Below are positions 7,767 to 15,121 of a stretch of 64,000 nucleotides of DNA, in pieces. Position 1 is the first letter of the stretch. Each line of letters starts with the position of its first letter. Source of the stretch: an uncultured Enterobacteriaceae bacterium. GTDB taxonomy: Bacteria; Pseudomonadota; Gammaproteobacteria; Burkholderiales; SG8-39. The notes beneath the pieces are model-generated. The model made no database searches. It saw nothing but the letters and a program-made list of their open reading frames with translations, and had not been told where the DNA came from. Location of the stretch: positions 27,976 through 91,975 of the forward strand of contig CAZKHE010000001.1 in the NCBI GenBank assembly GCA_964552535.1, in the 5' to 3' direction. The translations under genes were made by a program, and so were the position numbers.

Positions 7767-9947
7767 ATGGCCACCGTGGAGCGAGGCAAGGGCAAGCGCA
7801 AGCAGGTCATCGCAATCGTGCGCCAGGGGAGCGTGCTCCGGCGCAACGAGACGGAGTCGGGCGACCCGCGCCTGACCGGATATCAGCGGTTCGCGACCGA
7901 GGCGGGCGCGGAGGCGGCGCTGCGGAGCGAGATCAAGGCCTGCCTCGCGGACCGCATGCTGCCGGCCGACGAGGAGGCGCGGGCGATCGCCGCGCAGATG
8001 CCCTCGGCGAAGTCCGGGACGGCGGCGCTGCCGGTGCGCACCGACCTCGGGATCGACAACGAAGCGAACGGCTTCGTGATCACCTCACGCAAGCTCGCCG
8101 GCCGGACCATGGAAGAGGGTTCGGCGGAGTGGATGAAGGCGGTGAAGCGCGGCGACATGCTGCCGCTCGAACTGGTGCAGGACGACCCGTTCGTCATCCG
8201 CGTCGTGGCGGGCGAGCCGCTCGACCAGCAGGAGGCCGAGGAATGGGTGGCCCGGGTCGACTGGCATCTCAACGTTCCGGACGGCAAGCTCTGCATCACC
8301 GGCGGCGCCCCGTTCACCACCGAAGGCTACGATGCCGACGACGCGGACGCCGAACGCTACGTCGGCGAGCTCGCGATCCCCAGGGGACGCTACCGGGCCA
8401 CGCTCTACACTTACCTCGACAGCGTCAACGGCGCGAGTGTCATGGACCACCTCGCCGGCGGCTACGGCAAGGGCGAGCCGGTCGAGCAGTGGCGCGCGCG
8501 CACGCGGCCCGATCCGGGCTCCGACGACGGCGACACCGGGGAGCGGGTGGACTTCCTCCTGCACCTCGATCCCGTCGAGGCTGCGCCGACCGCGGGATTG
8601 TCCGCGCTGCCCGAGGGCGGCTGGTTCGGTGCCACCGAGAACGCACACAAGCCCGAGCGCTGCCCGATGGGCCTCGCGGCCCGCGACGTCGTGCGCCCGC
8701 CGGATCCCGAATCCGGCGCGTGGACGTACGTCCACGAGGTGCACCCGATGCTGACGGCCCGGTGGAAGACCGACCCGGGCGCACTCGCGGGCGGCGGCCT
8801 GCTGTCGCTGCCCCTGGCGAGGCTCGGGGACGCCGGACGCATCGCCTGGTTCGCGTCGCGGCAGGTCGCGCACGAGCTGCGGCTGAAGCTCCCCGCGGGC
8901 ACGTCGGTCGATCTCGGCGCCCCCTGGGGCGAGGGCGTGGTGGCGGTCGAGGAGCATGGCGTGGTCCGCGTGCTCTTCTCCGCGGACCTGCACCCGAACG
9001 ACGTCTTCGCGCGTCTGGGTGAGGTGGCCCCGCGCCTCGCGTCGCTGCCGGAGGGCACGATGCTCGATCTGGTCGCCGCCCCGCTCGAGCCCGCGTCCGG
9101 AAGCGCCGAGCGCGCGGGGTGGCTGTGGCTCCGCGGAGCGGTCCGCGATGGAAACTGGCGGATCGCGCGCGCGCATCCGGCGGCCTCGCAGGCGGCGCTC
9201 GACGGGGCGCTTACGCTCGCCGCGGAGATGGCACCCGGCACCGCGATCCGCGTGCGCGACGAAGCCGAGGCACACCGCATCCTCGCGTGGATCGATCGCC
9301 GCTTCCCGGGTCAACTCGACGGCAACGCGGTCCGCGTGACGGGCGACGCGATCACGCTCGGCAAGGCCGGGCCGGCGATCAACATGCTGGGCATCGCCGC
9401 TTTCGCGCTCCGCTTCGAGGACACTTGGCCGGTGAGCGGGCCGGCCGGCGACGACGTGGACGTCGAGCGCGAGGGCGACGACCCCGACGACGACGGCATG
9501 TTCCCCACCTCGCCGATCCAGGGCGCGCTGATCCACACCGCGGCGAGCGGGCGCGCGTGGCATCAGACCATGGCGCTGCTCCTGTCCGAGAAGATCGCCG
9601 ACCGCATCGGGCAGGAACGCAAGGCGCTGAAGAGCGCGGGGTTCCGGGAGCTGGGCGACCTCATGTCGCCGCAGCAGCCCGAGGTCGCGTACCACGGCTT
9701 CATCCGCAAGGACGGATCGGCCTTCGCCTGGTTCCGCGTGTCCTACCCGGACAAGGTCCTGTGCGAACTCGCATCGCCCGCCGGCGGCGAGGTCCTCGTC
9801 ACCACGCAAGCGTCGGACGCCGGCGCCAGCGTCGCCGATCTCGTCGCCCGCCACGACGAGCGGCTGGCTGCACTCGGTGCCGAACCCGGCGCCGCGACGC
9901 TGCTCCGGTTCGCCGAGACGCTCGAACGGATCGCGGGCGGAGCCTAG
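7767..9947 (+). CDS. Large cytoplasmic hypothetical protein (726 aa), no recognised domain
   Basis: ATG at 7767 is preceded by gagggggg. Amino-acid composition is balanced and acidic, unlike the Arg-rich antisense ORF 8085..10535. No signal peptide or TM segment. Confidence 0.6.
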   Translation: MATVERGKGKRKQVIAIVRQGSVLRRNETESGDPRLTGYQRFATEAGAEAALRSEIKACLADRMLPADEEARAIAAQMPSAKSGTAALPVRTDLGIDNEANGFVITSRKLAGRTMEEGSAEWMKAVKRGDMLPLELVQDDPFVIRVVAGEPLDQQEAEEWVARVDWHLNVPDGKLCITGGAPFTTEGYDADDADAERYVGELAIPRGRYRATLYTYLDSVNGASVMDHLAGGYGKGEPVEQWRARTRPDPGSDDGDTGERVDFLLHLDPVEAAPTAGLSALPEGGWFGATENAHKPERCPMGLAARDVVRPPDPESGAWTYVHEVHPMLTARWKTDPGALAGGGLLSLPLARLGDAGRIAWFASRQVAHELRLKLPAGTSVDLGAPWGEGVVAVEEHGVVRVLFSADLHPNDVFARLGEVAPRLASLPEGTMLDLVAAPLEPASGSAERAGWLWLRGAVRDGNWRIARAHPAASQAALDGALTLAAEMAPGTAIRVRDEAEAHRILAWIDRRFPGQLDGNAVRVTGDAITLGKAGPAINMLGIAAFALRFEDTWPVSGPAGDDVDVEREGDDPDDDGMFPTSPIQGALIHTAASGRAWHQTMALLLSEKIADRIGQERKALKSAGFRELGDLMSPQQPEVAYHGFIRKDGSAFAWFRVSYPDKVLCELASPAGGEVLVTTQASDAGASVADLVARHDERLAALGAEPGAATLLRFAETLERIAGGA

Positions 9948-10519
9948 CCGGGGCGCGCCGGCGACGGCGAGTGATTGAACGTGTACTCGCCGAGCGGCGC
10001 GTCGCCGCGCTCGCTCACGTGGATGAGCTGCACGCGCATCGTGAAGGCCGGCATGGTCTTGAGCCACGCGGCCGAGGGAATCACCAGCACCTCGCCGGTC
10101 GCGGCGTCGAAGGGCACGTCGGTGATGCGCTGTCCTTCCGCGCCCTCGGCGTGCCGCCGGACGATGTCCAGCCGCTCCACGCCCGCCAGCGGTGCCCGAA
10201 GGCGCGAGACGACCGCATCGTCCTCGGGCGCAATGGTGCAGTTCACGCTGCCGCCGGGCGCCACGCGATATTCGCGCAAGCGCATGCCGGCCTGCCGCAT
10301 CGCGGCGACGAACCGCGCGGAGACGACCGCGGTCACCTGGCCGGCGTGCACCGCGGCGCGAACGCCCGCCGCGAGCGCCGCGATCTGCTCGAGCCGCGCG
10401 GTGCACCGCGCGCAGCCGAAGAGATGCTCCTCGAGCGCGGCTTCGCGCGCCGGGGCGACCTCGCGCAGCCAGTAGGCGACGAGCGTCTCGAAATCGATCG
10501 GATCGCGGCAGGCGTTCAC
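9944..10519 (-). CDS. Soluble zinc-binding anti-sigma factor (ZAS, zf-HC2 type)
   Basis: GTG start at 10519 overlaps the sigma-factor stop (GTGA). The N-terminal H-x3-C-x2-C motif (HLFGCARC) is present. No TM segment. The C-terminal ~130 aa are beta-rich. Confidence 0.7.
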   Translation of the reverse strand: MNACRDPIDFETLVAYWLREVAPAREAALEEHLFGCARCTARLEQIAALAAGVRAAVHAGQVTAVVSARFVAAMRQAGMRLREYRVAPGGSVNCTIAPEDDAVVSRLRAPLAGVERLDIVRRHAEGAEGQRITDVPFDAATGEVLVIPSAAWLKTMPAFTMRVQLIHVSERGDAPLGEYTFNHSPSPARPG

Positions 10520-11091
10520 GCGCCCTCCTCCACACCCATGCAGTCGCGCAGCCGGGCGAGCGCGCGATGGCGGATCACGCGCACGTTGCCGGCGCTCAGG
10601 GCGAGCTCCGCGCCCACCTCGTCGGCAGGCTGGTCGGAGAAGAAGCTCAGGATCACGACCGATCGCTCCCGTTCGGACAACGCTTCCAGGCATCCCACGA
10701 GGCGCTCCGGATGGAAGGCCAGCGGCTCCGGCCCCTCGAACGCCTCCTCCCCGCCGCCCCACTGCTCCAGCAGCGCCTCCCGCCGCCGGGTGCCGCGACG
10801 CATCTCGAGCACGGTCATGCGGCAGGCGCCGAGCACGAAGGAGGCGATGCGCTCGGGCTCGCGGATCTCGCCCGCGCGGAGGCGTTCGAGCGTCATGAGC
10901 AGCACCTGCTGCACGAGGTCCGCCGCCGCATGCGCATCGCGCAGGTGCCGCAGCCCATAGAGCCGTACGCGCCGCGCGAAGCGGCGGTAGAGCTCCGCCT
11001 CGGCCGCGGCGTCGGGCACGGCGCCGGCCGCCGCCACGCGGCGGGCGAGCGCACCATCGTCGAGTGCGGCAAGCGGGGTTTCATCGAGCAC
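10516..11091 (-). CDS. ECF (sigma-70 family group IV) RNA polymerase sigma factor
   Basis: Region 2 (ELYRRFARRVRLYGLRHLRDAHAAADLVQQVLL) and region 4 (LSERERSVVILSFFSDQPADEVGAELALSAGNVRVIRHRALARLR) are present. The start is uncertain: I prefer GTG at 11091 (191 aa) because the longer versions (11151/11160) would run through a perfect inverted repeat and into the divergent gene. Confidence 0.85.
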   Translation of the reverse strand: MLDETPLAALDDGALARRVAAAGAVPDAAAEAELYRRFARRVRLYGLRHLRDAHAAADLVQQVLLMTLERLRAGEIREPERIASFVLGACRMTVLEMRRGTRRREALLEQWGGGEEAFEGPEPLAFHPERLVGCLEALSERERSVVILSFFSDQPADEVGAELALSAGNVRVIRHRALARLRDCMGVEEGA

Positions 11092-11116
11092 GAAGCAAGC
11101 ATAACGGTCCCTTCGC

Positions 11117-11155
11117 GAGGATGTGTAACGACCGGCCGCCTCGTTACACATCCTC
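11117..11155. promoter_or_regulatory. Perfect 15-bp inverted repeat (candidate operator or leader hairpin) in the divergent sigma/ODP-like intergenic region
   Basis: gaggatgtgtaacga (11117-11131), then a 9-nt spacer ccggccgcc, then tcgttacacatcctc (11141-11155). It lies 37 bp upstream of the ATG at 11192. Confidence 0.4.
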
Positions 11156-11191
11156 GGCATGGCGCACGTCGCGCCCCAACCGGAGAGACCC

Positions 11192-11941
11192 ATGATCGCC
11201 AACCTGTCCAGCGGCACCAACGTGCACGAGATCGCCCCGCGCATCTACCGCATCAACACCCCGATCGCCATTCCCGGCGGTCCGGACTTCAACTTCAACC
11301 AGTATCTGATTCACGACGACGAGCCGCTGCTGTTCCACACCGGCCCGCGCCGCATGCTGCCGTTCGTGGCCGAGGCGATCGCGAAGGTGCTGCCGCTCGC
11401 GCGGCTTCGCTACATCGCGTTCTCGCACTTCGAGGCCGACGAGTGCGGCGCGCTGAACGAGCTGCTCGCCGCGGCGCCGCACAGTCTGCCGGTGTGCAGT
11501 CAGGTGGCGGCGATGGTCTCGGTGAACGACGTGGCGGTGCGCCCGCCACGCGCCCTCGCGGACGGCGAGGTCCTGCGCACCGGCCGGCTCGCCTTCAAGT
11601 GGCTCGACACGCCGCACGTCCCCCACGGCTGGGAGTGCGGCTTCATGATGGAGCTCACCACGCGCACGCTGCTGTGCGGGGATCTGTTCACCCAGGGAGG
11701 CAAGGGTGAAGTGGCGCTGACGGAAGGCGACATCCTCGGGCCGAGCGAGGCGTTCCGGCGTGCGATGGACTACTACGCCCACGCGCCGCACACCGCCGCG
11801 GCGCTCGAACGGCTGGCCCGCGAGGACCCGCGCACGCTCGCCTGCATGCACGGCAGCGCATGGCGCGGCGATGGCGCGGCGCTGCTGCGCGCGCTCGCGC
11901 GTTCGCTCTCCGCTCCGGCGGATCTCGCCATCGCGGCCTGA
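11192..11941 (+). CDS. MBL-fold di-iron protein (ODP / flavodiiron-core-like)
   Basis: ATG at 11192 with SD ggagag. The motif SHFEADECG corresponds to the H-x-E-x-D-x-x-G metal site of the flavodiiron/ODP beta-lactamase-like domain. Confidence 0.65.
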   Translation: MIANLSSGTNVHEIAPRIYRINTPIAIPGGPDFNFNQYLIHDDEPLLFHTGPRRMLPFVAEAIAKVLPLARLRYIAFSHFEADECGALNELLAAAPHSLPVCSQVAAMVSVNDVAVRPPRALADGEVLRTGRLAFKWLDTPHVPHGWECGFMMELTTRTLLCGDLFTQGGKGEVALTEGDILGPSEAFRRAMDYYAHAPHTAAALERLAREDPRTLACMHGSAWRGDGAALLRALARSLSAPADLAIAA

Positions 11942-12052
11942 GCGCGTGTGCATTCTCCCCGGGCCGGCTCGTTCCACCCATGAAAAGTTGCGCCCGCTTG
12001 TCACGGCGACAGGCGAGGCGCAACATGAACCGATCATACGGGAGGGGAGAAC

Positions 12053-13198
12053 ATGTCGTTGCTTCGAGTCGTGATCGCGGGGGGAGGCGTGGGCGGCATG
12101 GCCGCCGCCATCGCCCTCCAGCAGCAGGGCGCGTCGGTGCGCATCTTCGAGCAGGCACGCGCGTACGGCCGAATCGGCGCGGACGTGAACCTCACGCCGA
12201 ACGCCGTGCACGCCCTCGATCGGCTCGGCATCGGCGAGGCGCTGCGGCGGACCGCGGCACGCCCCGAGTTCCGCATCAGCCGCATGTGGGATACCGGCGC
12301 GGAGACGTCGCGCCTGCCGATGTCGGCCGCGGCCGAGGCGAAGTACGGTGCGCCGCAGCTCACCATCCACCGCGCGGACCTGCTTCGGTCGCTGGAGGAT
12401 GCGCTCGTGCCCGGCACCCTGCGCCTCGAGTCGAAGGTGCGCGGCATCGAGCAGGGCACTGACGGCGCGGCGCTGCTGCTCGAGAACGGCGAGCGGATCG
12501 ACGCCGACGTCGTCGTCGGCGCGGACGGCATCCACTCGGTGGTGCGCCACGCGCTCTTCGGCGCGGATCGTCCGCGGTTCACCGGCCTGGTCTCCTGGCG
12601 CGCGACCTGCCCGCGCGCCGCGGTGGCCGCGCTGCCCAACCTCGACAGCTTCACCAAGTGGTGGGGGCCCACCGCGGACCGGCAGATCGTGACGTTCCCC
12701 CTGAGCCGGGGCGAGGAGATCTTTGTTTTCGCCACGACGCCGCAGCAGGACTGGACCGAGGAAGGCTGGACGCTCGCCGGCGACATGAAGGAACTGCGCG
12801 CCGCCTACGCGGACTTCCACCCCGAGGCGCGCGCGCTGCTGGAGGCGTGCACCGAAGCCACCCGCTCGGCGCTGCACGTGCGCGAGCCGATGGCGCGCTG
12901 GTCGCAGGGGCGCGTCACCATCCTCGGCGATGCCGCGCATCCGATGGTCCCCTTCATGGCGCAGGGCGCGTGCATGGCGATCGAGGACGCAGTGGTGCTC
13001 GCGCGCGCGCTCGAGCACGCGCGTGGCGCCGACATTCCAGCCGCGCTGGAACGCTACGAGGGCGCCCGGCGCGAACGTACCGCGCGGGTGCAGCGCGGCT
13101 CGCTCGCCAACGACTGGCTCAAGGAAGGCGGCAACGCGGACTGGGTCTACGCCTACGACGCGTGGGCGGCGCCGCTCGGCAGCGTCGCCGCCGCCTGA
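12053..13198 (+). CDS. FAD-dependent aromatic monooxygenase (salicylate / 3-hydroxybenzoate hydroxylase-like)
   Basis: N-terminal dinucleotide fold VVIAGGGVGGMAAAIAL. DG motif ADVVVGADGIHSVVR. GD motif ILGDAAHPMVPFMAQGACMAIEDA. Confidence 0.85.
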   Translation: MSLLRVVIAGGGVGGMAAAIALQQQGASVRIFEQARAYGRIGADVNLTPNAVHALDRLGIGEALRRTAARPEFRISRMWDTGAETSRLPMSAAAEAKYGAPQLTIHRADLLRSLEDALVPGTLRLESKVRGIEQGTDGAALLLENGERIDADVVVGADGIHSVVRHALFGADRPRFTGLVSWRATCPRAAVAALPNLDSFTKWWGPTADRQIVTFPLSRGEEIFVFATTPQQDWTEEGWTLAGDMKELRAAYADFHPEARALLEACTEATRSALHVREPMARWSQGRVTILGDAAHPMVPFMAQGACMAIEDAVVLARALEHARGADIPAALERYEGARRERTARVQRGSLANDWLKEGGNADWVYAYDAWAAPLGSVAAA

Positions 13199-13255
13199 GT
13201 CGAGTCGGACAAGGGGCGAACGCCGCAAGCGGCGCGGCGCTCGCCCGCGCTTCCG

Positions 13256-13879
13256 CTACTGCGTGCCGCGGGTGCCCTGCCCGGTCGCGCCGCCCGTGCC
13301 GAGCGCCCGCTCGAACTCCTGCGGCGAGAGCCGGCCGTTGCGGTCCTGATCCGCTCGCTCGAAGCCATTCGAGATGCGCGGCTCGGCGGCGGCCTCCGAG
13401 AGCGACACTTCGCCGTCGTTGTTGCTGTCGAGGCTGCGGAAGCTCGGCGCGTCGGCCGCGGACGTCCGTGCGCCTGCGCCCGAGGGCGAGGCCCCTTGCG
13501 CGGCGGTGCCCGGCGTCGCGGCCCGATCGCTCCGCTGGCCGGTGAGCCCCAGCGCCTGCAGCGTCTCGGCGTTCAGCTGGCCGGTGGCCTGAAGGCCCTG
13601 GGACTGCTGGAATCGCCGCAAGCCCTGCTGCGTCTCCGGGCCCCAGACGCCGTCCACCGGCCCGGCGTTCACGTCTCGTGCACGCAGCCGCTCCTGCACG
13701 CTGCGCACCAGATCCTCGCTCACCGGCTGCGAGGCCATCGCGCCGGACTGCTGACCGCCGGCCCGGGCACTGCCCGAGGACGACCGGTCGCCGAACATCG
13801 TGCCGCAGCCGGCGAGCGCCGCCGCAGCGGCGCCGACCACGACGAAGTGAAGCGATTTCGATGCCTTCATGGATTTCAT
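13256..13879 (-). CDS. Lipoprotein with PG_binding_1-like domain and two C-terminal EF-hand-like calcium loops
   Basis: Internal ATG at 13879 of track ORF 13256..14785. Lipobox ALAGC. PG-binding-like VQERLRARDVNAGPVDGVWGPETQQGLRRFQQSQGLQATGQLN. Calcium loops DSNNDGEVSLSE and DQDRNGRLSPQE. Confidence 0.7.
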   Translation of the reverse strand: MKSMKASKSLHFVVVGAAAAALAGCGTMFGDRSSSGSARAGGQQSGAMASQPVSEDLVRSVQERLRARDVNAGPVDGVWGPETQQGLRRFQQSQGLQATGQLNAETLQALGLTGQRSDRAATPGTAAQGASPSGAGARTSAADAPSFRSLDSNNDGEVSLSEAAAEPRISNGFERADQDRNGRLSPQEFERALGTGGATGQGTRGTQ

Positions 13880-13987
13880 CGCACGAATCCTCCAAGTGGG
13901 AACACCCGGTGTCACGCAAGGCGCGTACCGGGGCAGCGCCATGGGCCTAGAATCGGCCGGACATCGCGTAGGCACCGGAGGACCGGC

Positions 13988-14425
13988 GTGGAAGTGCAAG
14001 AACTGCATCGGGGTCGGCTGATCGACCACATTCAGCTCGTGGTGAAGGACATCGAAGCGAGCCGCCGTTTCTACACCGCGGCGCTCGGCGCCCTCGGCAT
14101 CCCGATCGGCGGCGAAGCGGCCGACTACTTCTGGGCGGACGAGCTCTTCGTCTCGACCGCGGACAGCGCGGCCGCGCAGGGATCGCTCACCGGACGCGTC
14201 CACCTCGCCTTCCAAGCGGCGAGCCGCGAGATGGTCGAGCGGTTCCATCGGGCGGCGCTCGACGCCGGCGGCCGGGACCACGGTGCGCCCGGTCCGCGCC
14301 CGTATCATCCCGGCTACTACGCGGCATTCGTCCTCGACCCGGACGGCAACAACATCGAAGCGGTGCACCACGGACCGGCGGAGCGGTCGGCGGCCTCGGT
14401 GAAGATCACTTTCCCGAGCGAGTGA
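13988..14425 (+). CDS. VOC (glyoxalase/bleomycin-resistance/dioxygenase) family protein
   Basis: GTG start at 13988. IDHIQLVVKDIEASRRFYTAALG and YYAAFVLDPDGNNIEAV are typical of the paired beta-alpha-beta-beta-beta modules. Confidence 0.75.
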   Translation: MEVQELHRGRLIDHIQLVVKDIEASRRFYTAALGALGIPIGGEAADYFWADELFVSTADSAAAQGSLTGRVHLAFQAASREMVERFHRAALDAGGRDHGAPGPRPYHPGYYAAFVLDPDGNNIEAVHHGPAERSAASVKITFPSE

Positions 14426-14428
14426 CGC

Positions 14429-14773
14429 ATGACCGGAGCGAACGGATCCCCCCGCACCGAGGACAACGTGATGGTCACCGTGATCCTCCGGCACCACCCC
14501 GGCCTCGTGCTCGACCAGATCCAGGCGACGCTGAAGGCCGCCGACTGGTGGGAAGCGTTCCCGCCGCCCGGCGTGCGCATCGTCTCGTGGGTGGTGGCGA
14601 TGGGGTTCGGGCAGATCGCGACGTTCGAGCTGCCGCCGAAGCTCCTGCCGACGCTCAACGTCGAGCTCGAACGACGCGGCTGGGGCGTCTTCAAGACCGA
14701 GGTCTATCCCACCTACGACTTCGTGCCCGTGCGCGAACGCATCCGCGAGCGCGTCAGGCAAGGCGGTCAGTAG
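14429..14773 (+). CDS. Small conserved hypothetical protein (DUF3303-like guess)
   Basis: ORF lies directly after the VOC gene. An alternative start at ATG 14471 has a better SD (gagga) and would give about 100 aa. Confidence 0.45.
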   Translation: MTGANGSPRTEDNVMVTVILRHHPGLVLDQIQATLKAADWWEAFPPPGVRIVSWVVAMGFGQIATFELPPKLLPTLNVELERRGWGVFKTEVYPTYDFVPVRERIRERVRQGGQ

Positions 14774-14792
14774 CGCCGCCGCCACGCGTGCA

Positions 14793-15017
14793 TCAGGTCT
14801 TCCGCGACCGGCGCCAGAGCGAGTAGAGCCCGGTCAGCGCGAAGACCGGCCAGAGGCCGATGCACAGCATGACCCACGTCCCGCGGCCGTCGAGCGCGTC
14901 GCGCGCCTGCGTGCCGGTGTTGCGCGTCGTGCCCTCGCTGAAGAGGTGGCGCCGCGAGTAGGTGAGCAAGCCGAAGATGGCGCCCACCGCCAGAAACGAC
15001 ACGATCCACCAGTTCAT
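14793..15017 (-). CDS. Small two-TM membrane protein
   Basis: Internal ATG at 15017. 74 aa with two hydrophobic helices (WWIVSFLAVGAIFGLL, WVMLCIGLWPVFALTGLY). Confidence 0.4.
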   Translation of the reverse strand: MNWWIVSFLAVGAIFGLLTYSRRHLFSEGTTRNTGTQARDALDGRGTWVMLCIGLWPVFALTGLYSLWRRSRKT

Positions 15018-15121
15018 GGCCGCGCTCCCGTCCCGAACGGCCAGTGTAGCAAGGGGGCGGCCGGGCCTCTGGTAGATTGGCCGCCCGAGCGTTTGCCGAT
15101 CCCACCCCACGGAGAACGAGG

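Noticed and set aside
13880-14785. The upstream 300 aa of track ORF 13256..14785 (and similarly 18279..19382, 19275..19835, 39074..40294, 42228..43094) look like large N-terminal extensions of real genes.
   Set aside because: The real proteins begin at internal starts that are followed by signal peptides, lipoboxes or canonical N-termini. The extensions overlap well-supported genes on the opposite strand.
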